From an uncultured delta proteobacterium (GTDB lineage Bacteria; Desulfobacterota; Desulfobacteria; Desulfobacterales; Desulfosalsimonadaceae): DNA of 64,000 bases. Where the stretch lies: assembly GCA_963826785.1 (NCBI GenBank), contig CAWGYD010000006.1:1024001-1088000 (forward strand). The letters run 5' to 3'. Positions 29,489-39,999 of this stretch are shown here, piece after piece. The position numbers and the translations under genes are program-made. Under the pieces are notes generated by a model. It was not told the origin of the DNA and did not search any database. It saw only the letters and a program-made list of their open reading frames with translations. Within the stretch, counting starts at the first letter, position 1, and every line of letters begins with the position of its first letter.

Positions 29489-31186
29489 CTAAAGCCGGCC
29501 CCTCCGGAGAATGGCCGACAGCAGCCATAACCCGAACAAAGCGGCCAGAAACAGGCAGATCAGGCCGAAAAACGAGATCTGGCCCCAAAGGGGAGGCGTT
29601 TTGGCGGCGATGAGCAGGGAGGCGCCGATGATCAGGGCGGCAATCATGATGGCCATGGCGATACGGTTGCCGATCCGGTTATGGGTGCGATGGACTTTAT
29701 CCATTACCTTTTCATCCACTTTCACGGACAGCTGACCATTCCGGATAATCCGTGAAATCTCCAGCATGTCGGCGGGGAAATGTTTGGCAAAATCCACCAG
29801 GTCCCCCGAGAGCGCATAGAAGTCGCCGGCCAGCCGCTGGGGCTTGATCCGGTCGACCTTGATCTGACGGATGAACGGAGTGGCCTGTTCGATCATGTCA
29901 AAATCCGGATCGAGCTGACGGGCGATCCCCTCGATGGTGGCCAGGGCCTTCATCATCAGGAAAATATCGGGCGGGATCCGCAGCCGGAAGCGGGAGACCA
30001 GCTGCAGCAGATCCTGCAGAAGCTGCCCGATATTGAGGTCTTTCAAAGCCTTGTAGAAGTGTTTGCCGATAAAGGCCGCCACTTCCTTTTCCAGAAGCCG
30101 GGTATCGGGCCGGGCATCCCAGAAGGTGATCTTGAGCAGCTGACGGGTGACAATCAGGGCATTCTGCTGGATCACGCTGTCGATGAGATCGACAAACGCT
30201 TCCCGGGACTTCTGGTCCACGGCCCCCACCATGCCGAAATCGAGCATGGCGATGACCTGGTTGGCCATGATGTAAACATTGCCCGAATGCGGGTCCGCGT
30301 GGAAAAATCCATGATCGAAAATCTGCTTCAGCAGGATGTCCGCCCCCCTCCGGGTGATCAGTCGTTTGTCGATCCGGGCCCGGTCCAGAGACGTGATATC
30401 GGAGACCTTGATGCCGTAAATGAATTCCATGCTCAGCACCCGGCGGCTGGTCAGCGCACGGTATACTTTCGGAATGTGGAGAGTGGGTTCGTCGGCAAAA
30501 TCCGAGGAAAAGCGCTCCATGTGATCCGCCTCGATATTGTAATCGAGTTCCCGGGCAATGGTCCGGGCGAATTCTTCCACGATCTGAACCGGTCGAATAA
30601 ATGAGAATTCTTCGATTTTTCCTTCCACCATGGAAGCCAGATGATACATGATGCCGATATCCACCCCCACCTGGCGCTGCAGCCCGGGCCGCTGAACCTT
30701 GACCGCCGCTTCCCGCCCGTCCCGAAGCCGGGCCTTGTGGACCTGGCCGATGGATGCGGAGGCCAGGGGGACTTCTTCAAAGTGGTCATACAGGTCCGAC
30801 AGGCGCCTGCCAAATTCGGACTCCACGATCGATTTTACTTCCGTAAACGAAAAGGGCGGGACCTGGTCCTGGAGTTTGGCCAGCTCGTTGATGAGCTCCA
30901 CGGAAACCAGATCGGGGCGCATGGAAAGCGCCTGTCCCAGTTTGATAAATGTCGGGCCCAGCTCTTCCAGGGCCATCCGGACCCGCTCGAACCGGGAGTG
31001 GCGGTTGAGAAAGGAACGGCGCCGTGCCGACAGCAGTTTTACCAGGGGGGCGATGTAGCGGGTAAGGTGAAGTGCGCTCAGCACATCTTCGAAGCCGTAC
31101 TTGATCAGGATCGCCAGAATCTGTCGGTAGCGGGCGTAATGGCGGTAGGTGATCCCCGCAGCACTGATTTGGCGAATGCTCCACAT
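29489..31186 (-). CDS. AarF/ABC1/UbiB family kinase with C-terminal TMs
   Basis: LGPTFIKLGQ, ASASIGQVH, VKVQRP, FFHADPHSGN, LDFGMVG. Confidence 0.92.
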   Translation of the reverse strand: MWSIRQISAAGITYRHYARYRQILAILIKYGFEDVLSALHLTRYIAPLVKLLSARRRSFLNRHSRFERVRMALEELGPTFIKLGQALSMRPDLVSVELINELAKLQDQVPPFSFTEVKSIVESEFGRRLSDLYDHFEEVPLASASIGQVHKARLRDGREAAVKVQRPGLQRQVGVDIGIMYHLASMVEGKIEEFSFIRPVQIVEEFARTIARELDYNIEADHMERFSSDFADEPTLHIPKVYRALTSRRVLSMEFIYGIKVSDITSLDRARIDKRLITRRGADILLKQIFDHGFFHADPHSGNVYIMANQVIAMLDFGMVGAVDQKSREAFVDLIDSVIQQNALIVTRQLLKITFWDARPDTRLLEKEVAAFIGKHFYKALKDLNIGQLLQDLLQLVSRFRLRIPPDIFLMMKALATIEGIARQLDPDFDMIEQATPFIRQIKVDRIKPQRLAGDFYALSGDLVDFAKHFPADMLEISRIIRNGQLSVKVDEKVMDKVHRTHNRIGNRIAMAIMIAALIIGASLLIAAKTPPLWGQISFFGLICLFLAALFGLWLLSAILRRGRL

Positions 31187-31400
31187 GTGATCAGATGACC
31201 TCTTGAATGTCATTGCCGACTTGCTGTTTCCCAATCCCGGTAAATAGGGCCCACCGGGAAGGGTATGCGATCAAATCAAAAAGTAATTGAATCTTGCGGA
31301 CCGATCACTCCGGATGCAAAATCACATAGGCCTGACCATCCCGTAATCTGTTGAAATAAATTAAAAGTCTAAATCTCCTGCCAGTCAATCATTTCGCAAT

Positions 31401-31452
31401 CTTCGTGTCCTTCATGGAAAAGACAATGGCTTTGCACACGAAGGACACGAAG
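31401..31452. repeat. Inverted repeat CTTCGTGTCCTTCATG ... CACGAAGGACACGAAG
   Basis: 16-nt arms with one mismatch, downstream of acyl-CoA dehydrogenase. Confidence 0.7.
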
Positions 31453-31486
31453 GTGAAAATTTGATTTTTAAATCGTCATTTGTTCA

Positions 31487-33334
31487 TCAGGCGCCGAAGG
31501 CGGCATCGACCATTTCAACGGCGGCGCCGTTGGTGCGGGAAATGGAATCGAATTTGCCCATGGTGATCGGAATTTGGGACATGATGAAAAATTCCGCAGT
31601 TTTGACCTGGCCATAATAATAGGCGGCATCCTTGTTTTTCTCGGCTTTTTCCGCCATCGCTTTGGGGTCGTCGCCCCCGGCGAGTTTCTCCAGCTTGGGG
31701 TAGGCCACAGCGGCCCGCCACAGCAGCATCCACGCCGTGGTCAGGTCGCCGGTGACCTCCAGGAAGGGGTGGGCGAAGGCAAAGGCCTTGAGCACATCCG
31801 ACATGGCGGTTTTTGCCAGGTACATGGCGGTTTCCGTCAGTCTGGACAATGCGGCGTCAAACGCATCGGCGCTTTCCTTTAATCCCGGGATCTGCCGGGC
31901 TTCTTCCACGGTCTTCTGCATGAGGGCCAGGTAGTCGAGGAAGGGTTTTCCCTTTTTCATCCCCAGTTTCCGGCCCAGCAGGTCCATGGCCTGGATGCCG
32001 TTGGTTCCCTCGTAGATCATGAATATCCGGCAGTCCCTCAGCAGCTGCTCCACCGGGTATTCCTTGGTGTACCCGTACCCGCCGTAGATCTGGACCCCGT
32101 GGCTGGTGACTTCCCAGGCCTTGTCCGTGATGTATCCCTTGATCAGGGGGGTCAGAATGGCGGTGAGATCCTCGTATTTTTCCTTTTCCGCCTCGCTTTG
32201 GGCGAGCCCTTCCATGTCATGGCAGTATCCGCCGTAATAGATCAGGCTGCGCATCCCTTCCACGTAGGCCTTCATGAGCATCAACTGGCGGCGGACGTCC
32301 GGGTGCTGAATTATGGGGACCGAGGGGGCATTGGCATCCTTGCCCGTCAGGAGGTGCTTGCCCTGGATCCGCTCCCGGGCATAATTAAGCGAATAGGCGT
32401 AGGAGGCGGAAGCCGTGGCAAACCCCTGGAGTCCCACCAGCTGCCGGGCTTCGTTCATCATCAGGAACATGGCGCTCATCCCCTTGTTTTCCTGGCCGAT
32501 CAGGGTGCCGATGCATTTTCCCTTGCTTCCCATGGTCAGGGTGCAGGTGGCGTTGCCGTGAAGCCCCATCTTTTCCTCGATGCCGGTGCAGACCACATCA
32601 TTGAATTCCCCCAGGCTGCCGTCGTCGTTGACCCGGTATTTGGGCACCAGGAAAAGGGAGATCCCCTTGGTGCCGGCGGGTGCGCCCTCGATGCGGGCCA
32701 GCACCGGATGGACAATGTTTTCCACCATGTCGTGCTCGCCGCCGGAGATGAAGATTTTGGTGCCGGTGATGGAATAGGTGCCGTCATCGTTTTTCACTGC
32801 GGTCGATTCCAGCGCGCCCACATCCGATCCGGCGTTGGCTTCGGTCAGCAGCATGGTTCCGGCCCATTCGCCGCTGTAGATCTTTTTCAGAAACAGCTTT
32901 TTCTGATGATCGGTGCCCAGGATCTCGATCATCTTGGCCGCCCCGTGGGTCAGGCCGTGGTAGAGCATGAAGGCGGGGTTGGCGCCGAAAAAATATTCAT
33001 TTGCCGCAAGCGACACGGTCTTGGGCATGCCCTGGCCGCCCCACTCGGGATCATCGATCATGGCCAGCCATTCTCCATCCCGGTAGACCTTGAACACCTT
33101 GTGGTACTCTTCCGGGACCCGCACCGTGCCGTTGTCGAATTCGCACCCCTTGTCGCTCAGGGCCTGGGTGGGCAGGATTTCCTTGATGGCCAGGTTGCGT
33201 GCTTCGGATACGATCATATCCACGGTTTTTTTATTGAATTCGGCAAACTTTTCATGCTTTGCCAGTTCTTCCACCTTCAATTGTTCATGCAGAACAAAAT
33301 CAACGTCCCGCCGGTCAGCGATCAGATGTGCCAT
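31487..33334 (-). CDS. Acyl-CoA dehydrogenase (long, ~600-aa type)
   Basis: GTMLLTEANAGSDVG, GTKIFISGGEHD, EEKMGLHGNATC, YGGYGY, IYEGTNGIQA. Confidence 0.95.
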   Translation of the reverse strand: MAHLIADRRDVDFVLHEQLKVEELAKHEKFAEFNKKTVDMIVSEARNLAIKEILPTQALSDKGCEFDNGTVRVPEEYHKVFKVYRDGEWLAMIDDPEWGGQGMPKTVSLAANEYFFGANPAFMLYHGLTHGAAKMIEILGTDHQKKLFLKKIYSGEWAGTMLLTEANAGSDVGALESTAVKNDDGTYSITGTKIFISGGEHDMVENIVHPVLARIEGAPAGTKGISLFLVPKYRVNDDGSLGEFNDVVCTGIEEKMGLHGNATCTLTMGSKGKCIGTLIGQENKGMSAMFLMMNEARQLVGLQGFATASASYAYSLNYARERIQGKHLLTGKDANAPSVPIIQHPDVRRQLMLMKAYVEGMRSLIYYGGYCHDMEGLAQSEAEKEKYEDLTAILTPLIKGYITDKAWEVTSHGVQIYGGYGYTKEYPVEQLLRDCRIFMIYEGTNGIQAMDLLGRKLGMKKGKPFLDYLALMQKTVEEARQIPGLKESADAFDAALSRLTETAMYLAKTAMSDVLKAFAFAHPFLEVTGDLTTAWMLLWRAAVAYPKLEKLAGGDDPKAMAEKAEKNKDAAYYYGQVKTAEFFIMSQIPITMGKFDSISRTNGAAVEMVDAAFGA

Positions 33335-33581
33335 AATGATCTTTCTCCTTTTTCAAGATAAAATATAATCAACGAATGTGTGCGATGGTTTCAGGTGTCC
33401 GATATGCTGGCCAAATGTTTAGAATAATCGTTGTTTAAAGTCAAGGCTATTGGCGGGGCGGGGGACGGCTGATAAGGGCTTTAAAATAAAAAATTTCTCC
33501 CGCCGGGGTACCGCGATGGACTGCCGGATCATCGAAATGAATGCGCCCGGCGCCCCGGCGGGAGAATATAACGGGTTTTGG

Positions 33582-34436
33582 CTACTTTTTCAGCCAGCCG
33601 CCGACTTCCTCGGACTGATACTGGTCCTGCTGTACACCCAGCTTGACATTGATGACCAGCCCTTTGTGCTTCTGGGTTTCAGGCGTCTGGTTCAGCTTGT
33701 CGTGAAGTTCACGGGAAGCGCCGGCCAGTTTGAGCATGTGACTCAATGCGGGTTCAAGCATTGCCGATGTTTCGATCCGGCCGGCTTCCAGCCGGGGGGA
33801 TAGGCCGTTTTCAGCCACATTTTCAGCCATATGGGCAAGTTGCTTCATCTGGGTCATGGAAAAATCCATGATCTGCCATCCCTTCATATCGTCTTTCTGG
33901 AATACCCAGGCATCCCGGATGCTCTGCAGGGTCTGGGTGTACTTGAAGGCCACAATCTGCTGAAGCTGCTCGACAAAATTTTCCGGCAGTTCATTTTCTT
34001 CTCCGGGCAGCCCGGATGCCTGTTCCGGGGTGAGCTTGTCCAGGGTTTTCTGAAATTTGCGGGCATGGATTTCCGATTCCCAGGATTCGCGCTGAAGCAC
34101 CCGCCGGATATGCGGGTCCGATACCTTTTCCGCCTCTTCAAGATAATGGGGAATCAGGTTCTGTTCATAAGCCACATAGGATTTGAAGATGGATTCCCGG
34201 CTGGTGGGGTCAAAGGGGTAAGGGGCCGGAGTGAAGTCGATCTCTCCGCCCAGGGATCCGATGACCATGCCCAGCCAGTGCATGTGCCACATTTCTTCCC
34301 GGGCCCGGGAAAGGAGGCCGGCGCCCAGTGGGGTATCTTCGCCTTCCAGGTAGCTGTGGGCCAAATATCGAAGAATAGCGGCGTGTTCATCCGCCAGGTC
34401 GCGGTTTAACATATCGATGAGCTGCTGTTGTTCCAT
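33582..34436 (-). CDS. Tandem ferritin-like (bacterioferritin-related) protein
   Basis: Domain 1: DEHAAILRY, EEMWH, YEQ, ESEIH diiron-type ligands; domain 2 similar spacing but degenerate; GAGGAGGG RBS before ATG 34436. Confidence 0.75.
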   Translation of the reverse strand: MEQQQLIDMLNRDLADEHAAILRYLAHSYLEGEDTPLGAGLLSRAREEMWHMHWLGMVIGSLGGEIDFTPAPYPFDPTSRESIFKSYVAYEQNLIPHYLEEAEKVSDPHIRRVLQRESWESEIHARKFQKTLDKLTPEQASGLPGEENELPENFVEQLQQIVAFKYTQTLQSIRDAWVFQKDDMKGWQIMDFSMTQMKQLAHMAENVAENGLSPRLEAGRIETSAMLEPALSHMLKLAGASRELHDKLNQTPETQKHKGLVINVKLGVQQDQYQSEEVGGWLKK

Positions 34437-34502
34437 TTTCCCCTCCTCTTTCAGGTATCTTGGCAATTCAATCCAAACAGTAATTCCGGTTCAAGTTCAG
34501 GC

Positions 34503-34542
34503 AAAATAAAAACGCCGGAAACCACATGGTGATTATCCGGCG
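34503..34542 (-). terminator. Intrinsic terminator after secreted protein gene
   Basis: CGCCGGA...TCCGGCG stem followed on minus strand by TTTTTATTTT. Confidence 0.65.
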
Positions 34543-34565
34543 CAATTGGAAAATTAAAAATAAGG

Positions 34566-35243
34566 TCAGGGGGATACGACTGCTTTCGTAAAATCCACCC
34601 AGTATCCTTTGTTGGCTCCGTCCAGGGACAGGGAGAAGGCAAAGGAAGAACCCGACCCGTCACCATTCGGGTCAGCGGTAATCGTCCTGTATCCCAGGTC
34701 CATGCCGTGCCCGTTGTACTCCGGTGTGTTGTCATTGGAATCGTCGATGGTTCCGCTGAAGCTGTTGAAAGTGGCGGTAATGGGTCCACTGACCTGATCC
34801 GCCCCGAAGGTGATCGATTTTAACACCCGGTTTGCCGGGTCATCGATGTTTTCAAAAACGGCCTTCATGAAAAACCCTTCGGCATGCAGGTCTTCATCGG
34901 GATTGTTCAGGTTTCCACCGATCTGGATGCCCGTCCAGTCCTCATCCCATCCAAAGGAAGAAGGGATTGGATCCTTATAGTTGTATTCGTCATGATACCC
35001 CATTTTTAGCGAATCGATGGTGGTATAGGTGTCCGCGTAGATATTGAACCAGGCATTGGTCTGGGTCAGTCCGCCGCCCAGATCTTCGATGGTAAAATTT
35101 GAAAACCCTTCCGCGTATATTGCCGAAAGCTCACTGTCGTCCATTGTTTGAAGTTCGGCCGAGGCGATCCCGGGGATGAGCAACATGCAAATGGTGGCGG
35201 CGATTACGGCTGCCATGTTCCTGCTGGTCATATCATACTCCAT
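34566..35243 (-). CDS. Secreted acidic beta-rich protein with DUF6160/FilA-like N-terminal motif
   Basis: Signal peptide ending IASA; ELQTMDDSELSAIYAEG motif; Asp/Asn/Gly-rich remainder. Confidence 0.6.
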   Translation of the reverse strand: MEYDMTSRNMAAVIAATICMLLIPGIASAELQTMDDSELSAIYAEGFSNFTIEDLGGGLTQTNAWFNIYADTYTTIDSLKMGYHDEYNYKDPIPSSFGWDEDWTGIQIGGNLNNPDEDLHAEGFFMKAVFENIDDPANRVLKSITFGADQVSGPITATFNSFSGTIDDSNDNTPEYNGHGMDLGYRTITADPNGDGSGSSFAFSLSLDGANKGYWVDFTKAVVSP

Positions 35244-35460
35244 GCAAAAATAAGTGCTTTACGGTGTTTCCGGCCCTGAACAATGTTCAGGCGCCATTAA
35301 GCACGCCTTTGATTTTCATTTACTGATAATATCATCAAAACAGGCTGTCAAGTCAATAGAAATTAAAAATCAAAAATTCAATGGGATGAGATCGTAAAAA
35401 ACTTGCCCGTGCGCATGTGAAGGGATAAGATGCCATTAAAAACGATGGAAAGGAAATTGG

Positions 35461-36333
35461 GTGGTGACTGCCAGGAACAGACGCATCGGCCTCTATATCA
35501 AGCAGGATCCGGAAGCGCTGGAGAAAGCGGAAGAATTTGCGGGCTGGCTGGGAGAAAAGGGCATCGAGGTGGTTCGGATGCAGTCCTATTCCCCGGAAAC
35601 CGAGCAGCAGGCCGGCATCAGCCAGTATGAGGCCGCCCCGCCGGATCTTTTCTGCGTTTTCGTGCTGGGCGGGGACGGGACCTTTCTAAGCGCCTCCCGC
35701 TGGATCGGCAAAAATCCCATCCCCATCATCGGGGTGAAATTCGGCCAGATCGGATTTCTGGCGGAAACCGCCGTGGAGGATCTGTTTTCGATGGCCGGGA
35801 AGATTCTGGAAAATGACTTTTCCGTGGAAAATCGATTCCGGCTCCAGGTCGAAGTCATGCGGAAAGACGAGCGCGTCACCACGGAGACGGTGCTCAACGA
35901 GGTGGTGATCAACAAGGGAGCGCTGGCCCGGCTGGCCCAGATCGAAACCTACATCGATGACCACCACCTGACCACCTATAAAAGCGACGGCCTGATCGTG
36001 GCCACGCCCACCGGTTCCACCGCCTATTCCCTGGCCGCCGGCGGGCCGGTGATCCATCCGGAAGTGCAGGGGATCATCATCACCCCCATCTGCCCCTTTG
36101 CCCTGACCAACCGGCCCATGATCATCCCCAATACCGCCCGCATCACCATCAAACTCGGGGAAAAGGCTTCCGATATCTTCGTGACCTTCGACGGCCAGGA
36201 GGGATTCGAGATCGATCCGGACCATACCATCGTCATCACCCGAAGCCCGCACCCCGTCATGATGATTTCCCAGCCGGATAAATCCTATTTCGATGTGCTG
36301 AAAGCAAAACTCAGGTGGAGCGGCCGCTTCTGA
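35461..36333 (+). CDS. nadK: NAD(+) kinase
   Basis: LGGDGTFL, LNE, DGLIVATPTGSTAYSLAAGGP, DGQ, KLRW. Confidence 0.96.
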   Translation: MVTARNRRIGLYIKQDPEALEKAEEFAGWLGEKGIEVVRMQSYSPETEQQAGISQYEAAPPDLFCVFVLGGDGTFLSASRWIGKNPIPIIGVKFGQIGFLAETAVEDLFSMAGKILENDFSVENRFRLQVEVMRKDERVTTETVLNEVVINKGALARLAQIETYIDDHHLTTYKSDGLIVATPTGSTAYSLAAGGPVIHPEVQGIIITPICPFALTNRPMIIPNTARITIKLGEKASDIFVTFDGQEGFEIDPDHTIVITRSPHPVMMISQPDKSYFDVLKAKLRWSGRF

Positions 36334-36355
36334 TATTTCAATCAGGGCAACTGTA

Positions 36356-37480
36356 TCAGGTTCCCTTAGGTGGAAGCATCAAAGCCGCCCCCAGTTTTTT
36401 CAGCCGGATGTCCGTCACCCGTGAGGCAATCCTGGCGGCTGCGGCAATATCGGCATTCATTTGTTTAATTTCGGGATTCTGGCGGATCTGACGGGTTTCC
36501 AGCAGTGCATCGAGCCGATCCTGAAATTCCTGTACCAGTTTTCGGAAGGACAGGGTCGCTGCGACCACTTCAGTTTCCCCGTCCTGTTCAATCCGCTCCG
36601 CCGCAGACAAGGCAATGAGTTTTAAGACACCAACATCGGCGCACATCCGTCCAAGCGCCAGCAGCAGTTCGTCATCGGCCCCGGTTTGCCGGGTGCGGAT
36701 GTCGCGGGCAAGGGCCTGTACCTGAAAAGCCGATGCCCCGGCGAATATCCCCGCCATCAGGGTGTCTTCAATGGTTCTGAGCGGCAGCACCATGGTTTCA
36801 AAGGCGCTCCCCATTTCCCCGAGCACCTGGCCCGGGCCGGCCGGGCATTCTTCCAGCGAGATTTCCCCGTGGGGGCAGGGCCTCAGAAAGGGCAGTTCCA
36901 TGGGATCGGCGACAGTCAGCCCCGGTGTTTCCCGGGGGATCAGAAAAGCGGTAAACCGCTTCCGGCCGGGGTCGGTCTTTGTCACCGCGATCACGATGAA
37001 CAGGTCGGCCATGGGGCCGTTGGTGAGATAGGTCTTGGTGCCGGACAGCCGGTACCCGTCATCATCTGGGCGGGCGAAGGTGGACAGGTGCTTGGGATGC
37101 GCTCCGGTTTCCGGCTCGGAAACGGCAAAGCATGCGGTCATTTTACCGGAGGCCAGTTCCGGCAGCCAGGCCCTTTTCTGGTCCGGCGTGCCGAACTTGC
37201 CGATAAACCAGCGGGCCACCAGTTCATGCATCATAAACGACAGGGCGATTCCCAGGTTGCCGCCGTGTTCGGCCAGTGCCATGCCGGCTGTGGAAATATC
37301 CCTGCTGTTTCCCCCTTTGCCGCCGTATGCCGGATCGATGCCCATACCGAACAAACCGCTTTTTGCCATCTGCTCCCGCAACCCCGGTGGAAACTCGATA
37401 AGGTCGTGCAGCCGCTCCCGCCCGGCAATGTGCTCGGCGGCAAACCGCGCATGTGCATTCAACACGTCATTTTTTGCCAT
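36356..37480 (-). CDS. Acyl-CoA dehydrogenase family protein (divergent)
   Basis: FGTPDQKRAWLP, FAVSEPETGA, GTKTYLTNGP. Confidence 0.82.
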   Translation of the reverse strand: MAKNDVLNAHARFAAEHIAGRERLHDLIEFPPGLREQMAKSGLFGMGIDPAYGGKGGNSRDISTAGMALAEHGGNLGIALSFMMHELVARWFIGKFGTPDQKRAWLPELASGKMTACFAVSEPETGAHPKHLSTFARPDDDGYRLSGTKTYLTNGPMADLFIVIAVTKTDPGRKRFTAFLIPRETPGLTVADPMELPFLRPCPHGEISLEECPAGPGQVLGEMGSAFETMVLPLRTIEDTLMAGIFAGASAFQVQALARDIRTRQTGADDELLLALGRMCADVGVLKLIALSAAERIEQDGETEVVAATLSFRKLVQEFQDRLDALLETRQIRQNPEIKQMNADIAAAARIASRVTDIRLKKLGAALMLPPKGT

Positions 37481-37579
37481 TTATCCGTCCTGTTGGAAAA
37501 AGGGGATCAGCCAGGTTTGTTTTTTCTGAATTATTTCCCCATAATTTATAGCAGATCGATTCGATTTTAAAAGTTTGAA

Positions 37580-38464
37580 ATGGAGGCGGGTATGGCTGCA
37601 GTGAGGCGCAAAGAAGTCGCCCTGGAACAAAACAGGCTCTCTTTGTTAACGGCGGGGCCGGAAACCGGCCTGCCGGTGGTGCTGATTCACGGAATTCCGG
37701 CCGGTGCCGAATTGTGGCGGGATGTGATCTCCCGGCTGGGGGATGCGGGATTTCTGGCCATGGCGCCGGACCTTCCGGGTTACGGTGAAACTCGGATTGC
37801 AGACGGCGGGGACTATTCCCTTGCCGGTGCCGCCGCCCTGCTCGCCGCATGGCTGGACGCGCAGGAAATCAGGCCCGTGTGGCTCATCTCCCATGACATC
37901 GGCGGGGGAGTGGCCGAAATCCTTTCCGTGCATCACCCGTCCCGGGTTTCCCATCTGACCTTTTCCAATGCCATCGTGGGGGATTCCTGGCCGGTCACCC
38001 CCATTAAACTGTTTCGCCTGATTGCCGGCATGGGCGCCTACAATCCCCTGGCGGCCAGCGGCTGGCTGCGGGTCGATCCGTATTTCAAGTGGCAGCTCAA
38101 AAAGACGCTGGCCCATCCGGAAAAGCTCAAGGAAAAGGATTTCCTGCCGCGCATATTCTTCGATACCAAAATGACCGATCCGGCCGGGCGCGCCGCCTTT
38201 GTGCGCCATCTGGGCGCCTTGTCCAACGCCCAGACGCTGGCCGTTGAACCCGAACTGAAGCAGCTGACCCTGCCCACCCTGCTCCTGTGGGGCATGAAAG
38301 ATCCGTTTCAGTCTTGGACAGGCCCGGGCAAGCGCCTGGCCGCCCATTTCAACCACGCCCATGTGAAGCTGCTGGAAGATGCCGGACATTTCCTGATGCT
38401 GGACGATCCTGAAACCTATGCCGCGGCCCTGATCGACTGGTATGGAGAAACGGTGGCCGGGTAG
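37580..38464 (+). CDS. Alpha/beta hydrolase with Asp nucleophile (epoxide hydrolase/haloalkane dehalogenase-like)
   Basis: HGIP, PDLPGYG, SHDIGG, LWGMKDP, AGHF. Confidence 0.88.
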   Translation: MEAGMAAVRRKEVALEQNRLSLLTAGPETGLPVVLIHGIPAGAELWRDVISRLGDAGFLAMAPDLPGYGETRIADGGDYSLAGAAALLAAWLDAQEIRPVWLISHDIGGGVAEILSVHHPSRVSHLTFSNAIVGDSWPVTPIKLFRLIAGMGAYNPLAASGWLRVDPYFKWQLKKTLAHPEKLKEKDFLPRIFFDTKMTDPAGRAAFVRHLGALSNAQTLAVEPELKQLTLPTLLLWGMKDPFQSWTGPGKRLAAHFNHAHVKLLEDAGHFLMLDDPETYAAALIDWYGETVAG

Positions 38465-38492
38465 CACAAGAGATGTTCTTTTCACGCCGCTT

Positions 38493-39918
38493 CTACGGGA
38501 GGGCCGCCATCACCTCGCTGACAAACTTCTCATCGTCCCAGGCCCCCCGGTCGGAGCAGTTGCCCAGCCGCACCAGCACCAGCTTCTCGGAAGGAATGAT
38601 CATCACCCGTTGCTCCTGGAATCCCTCCGCGGAAAACGCATCCCGGGGAATAGCCGGCCGGCGCCGGCTCCGGGGATCGCTCGAGGTGCCCGCATTGAGC
38701 CAGAACAGCGCGCCGTATTCGCCCTGGGGCGCCGGCGGCGTGGGGGTGGTGGTATATTTCACCCATCCTTCCGGCAGCACCCGCTCCCGACTCCACATGC
38801 CGTCATTCAAATAGAGCAGTCCGAACCGTGCCCAGTCCCGCGGGGTGGCAAACACATAGGAGGAACCCACGATGGTGCCCGGATGGGTCGGGCTCGAATA
38901 CGGCCGAATGCATCCCGATCCGGTCGAACAGCGCGCTTTTCATGAACTGATAATAATGTTCATATTCCGTCTCGGCGGCGGACCGGACAATGCGCGAGAT
39001 GATGTTGGCGGTGCCGCTGGAATAATTAAACCGGGTCCCCGGTTCGGCGGCAAGCGGTTTTTTCGCTGCATAGGCGGCGAAATCGTAGCTGTCGTAAAAC
39101 ATCTCCACCGCATCTGAAAACGGCTCATAGGCTTCTTCAAATTCAAGCCCGCTGCTCATCCGCATCAGCTGGTCCAGGGTAATCAACCGCCGTGGGTCAT
39201 CGGGATTTTGCCATTCCGGGACCGGGGCCGGAGCGTACAGATCGAGTTTTCCCTGCCGGACCAGGATGCCCACCAGCGCATTGACCACGCTTTTGCTCAT
39301 GGACCAACCCAGCAGGGGGGTGTCCGGGGTGATTCCCGGGGCATATCGCTCCGCAATCAGCTTGCCGTCATAGACGATCACCACCGCCCGGGTTTTCCTG
39401 GGATGGTCGGGTCCGGTCTCCGCGAAGGCATTATCCAAGGCGGCATCGAGCCTGGCTTTATCCACACCGGCCGGAAGTTTCTCCGCCGCACCCGCATTTC
39501 CTGCTGGCCAGAAAAGGGCAGCCGGGTCAATTTTTGATGCTTTTTCGCCATTTGTCTTCATGAATTGCTGCTGCCGCAGCGCGGCCTCGGTGGTGCCCTG
39601 GACAACGGTGCACCCGCAGCCTTTGCGGTAAATGGCGGTGGTGCCGACGATCCCCAGGGCCGTGGCGGTGACGCTTTTTTGCTTCATGTCCACCGAATAG
39701 CCGGTGAGCGCAAAGAGCGGGTGAACCGGGGCAATATCTTCCGAAAACACTTTGGCCGCCGGCCGGCCGGCTATAAACACATTGGAGCACAAGGTCTTGG
39801 CCACATGCCCGGTGCCGATGGGCAGGGTATTGGACAGGTACCAGGCGACTACAGCCGAAAGCAGCAATACGGCCCCGGCAAGGATTGTAAGAACATATTT
39901 GCGCCGCGTTGACATCAC
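38493..39918 (-). CDS. Serine hydrolase (beta-lactamase class C/esterase family), apparent frameshift ~38879
   Basis: N-terminal TM; GWSMSKS (SxxK), FNYSSG; ORFs 38803-39918 and 38493-38870 join as PSGTIVGSS when one G is removed. Confidence 0.85.
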
Positions 39919-39999
39919 ATGATTCCTTGATTACACCATCCATGATGGAGATGCGCGTTAAGCTTTTTTTCCCAATAGTTTTGCGATAAAAAATGCTTG

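Noticed and set aside
38493..39918. Antibiotic-resistance beta-lactamase
   Set aside because: SxxK and YxS fit the broad serine hydrolase/esterase family; no KTG-type motif recognised
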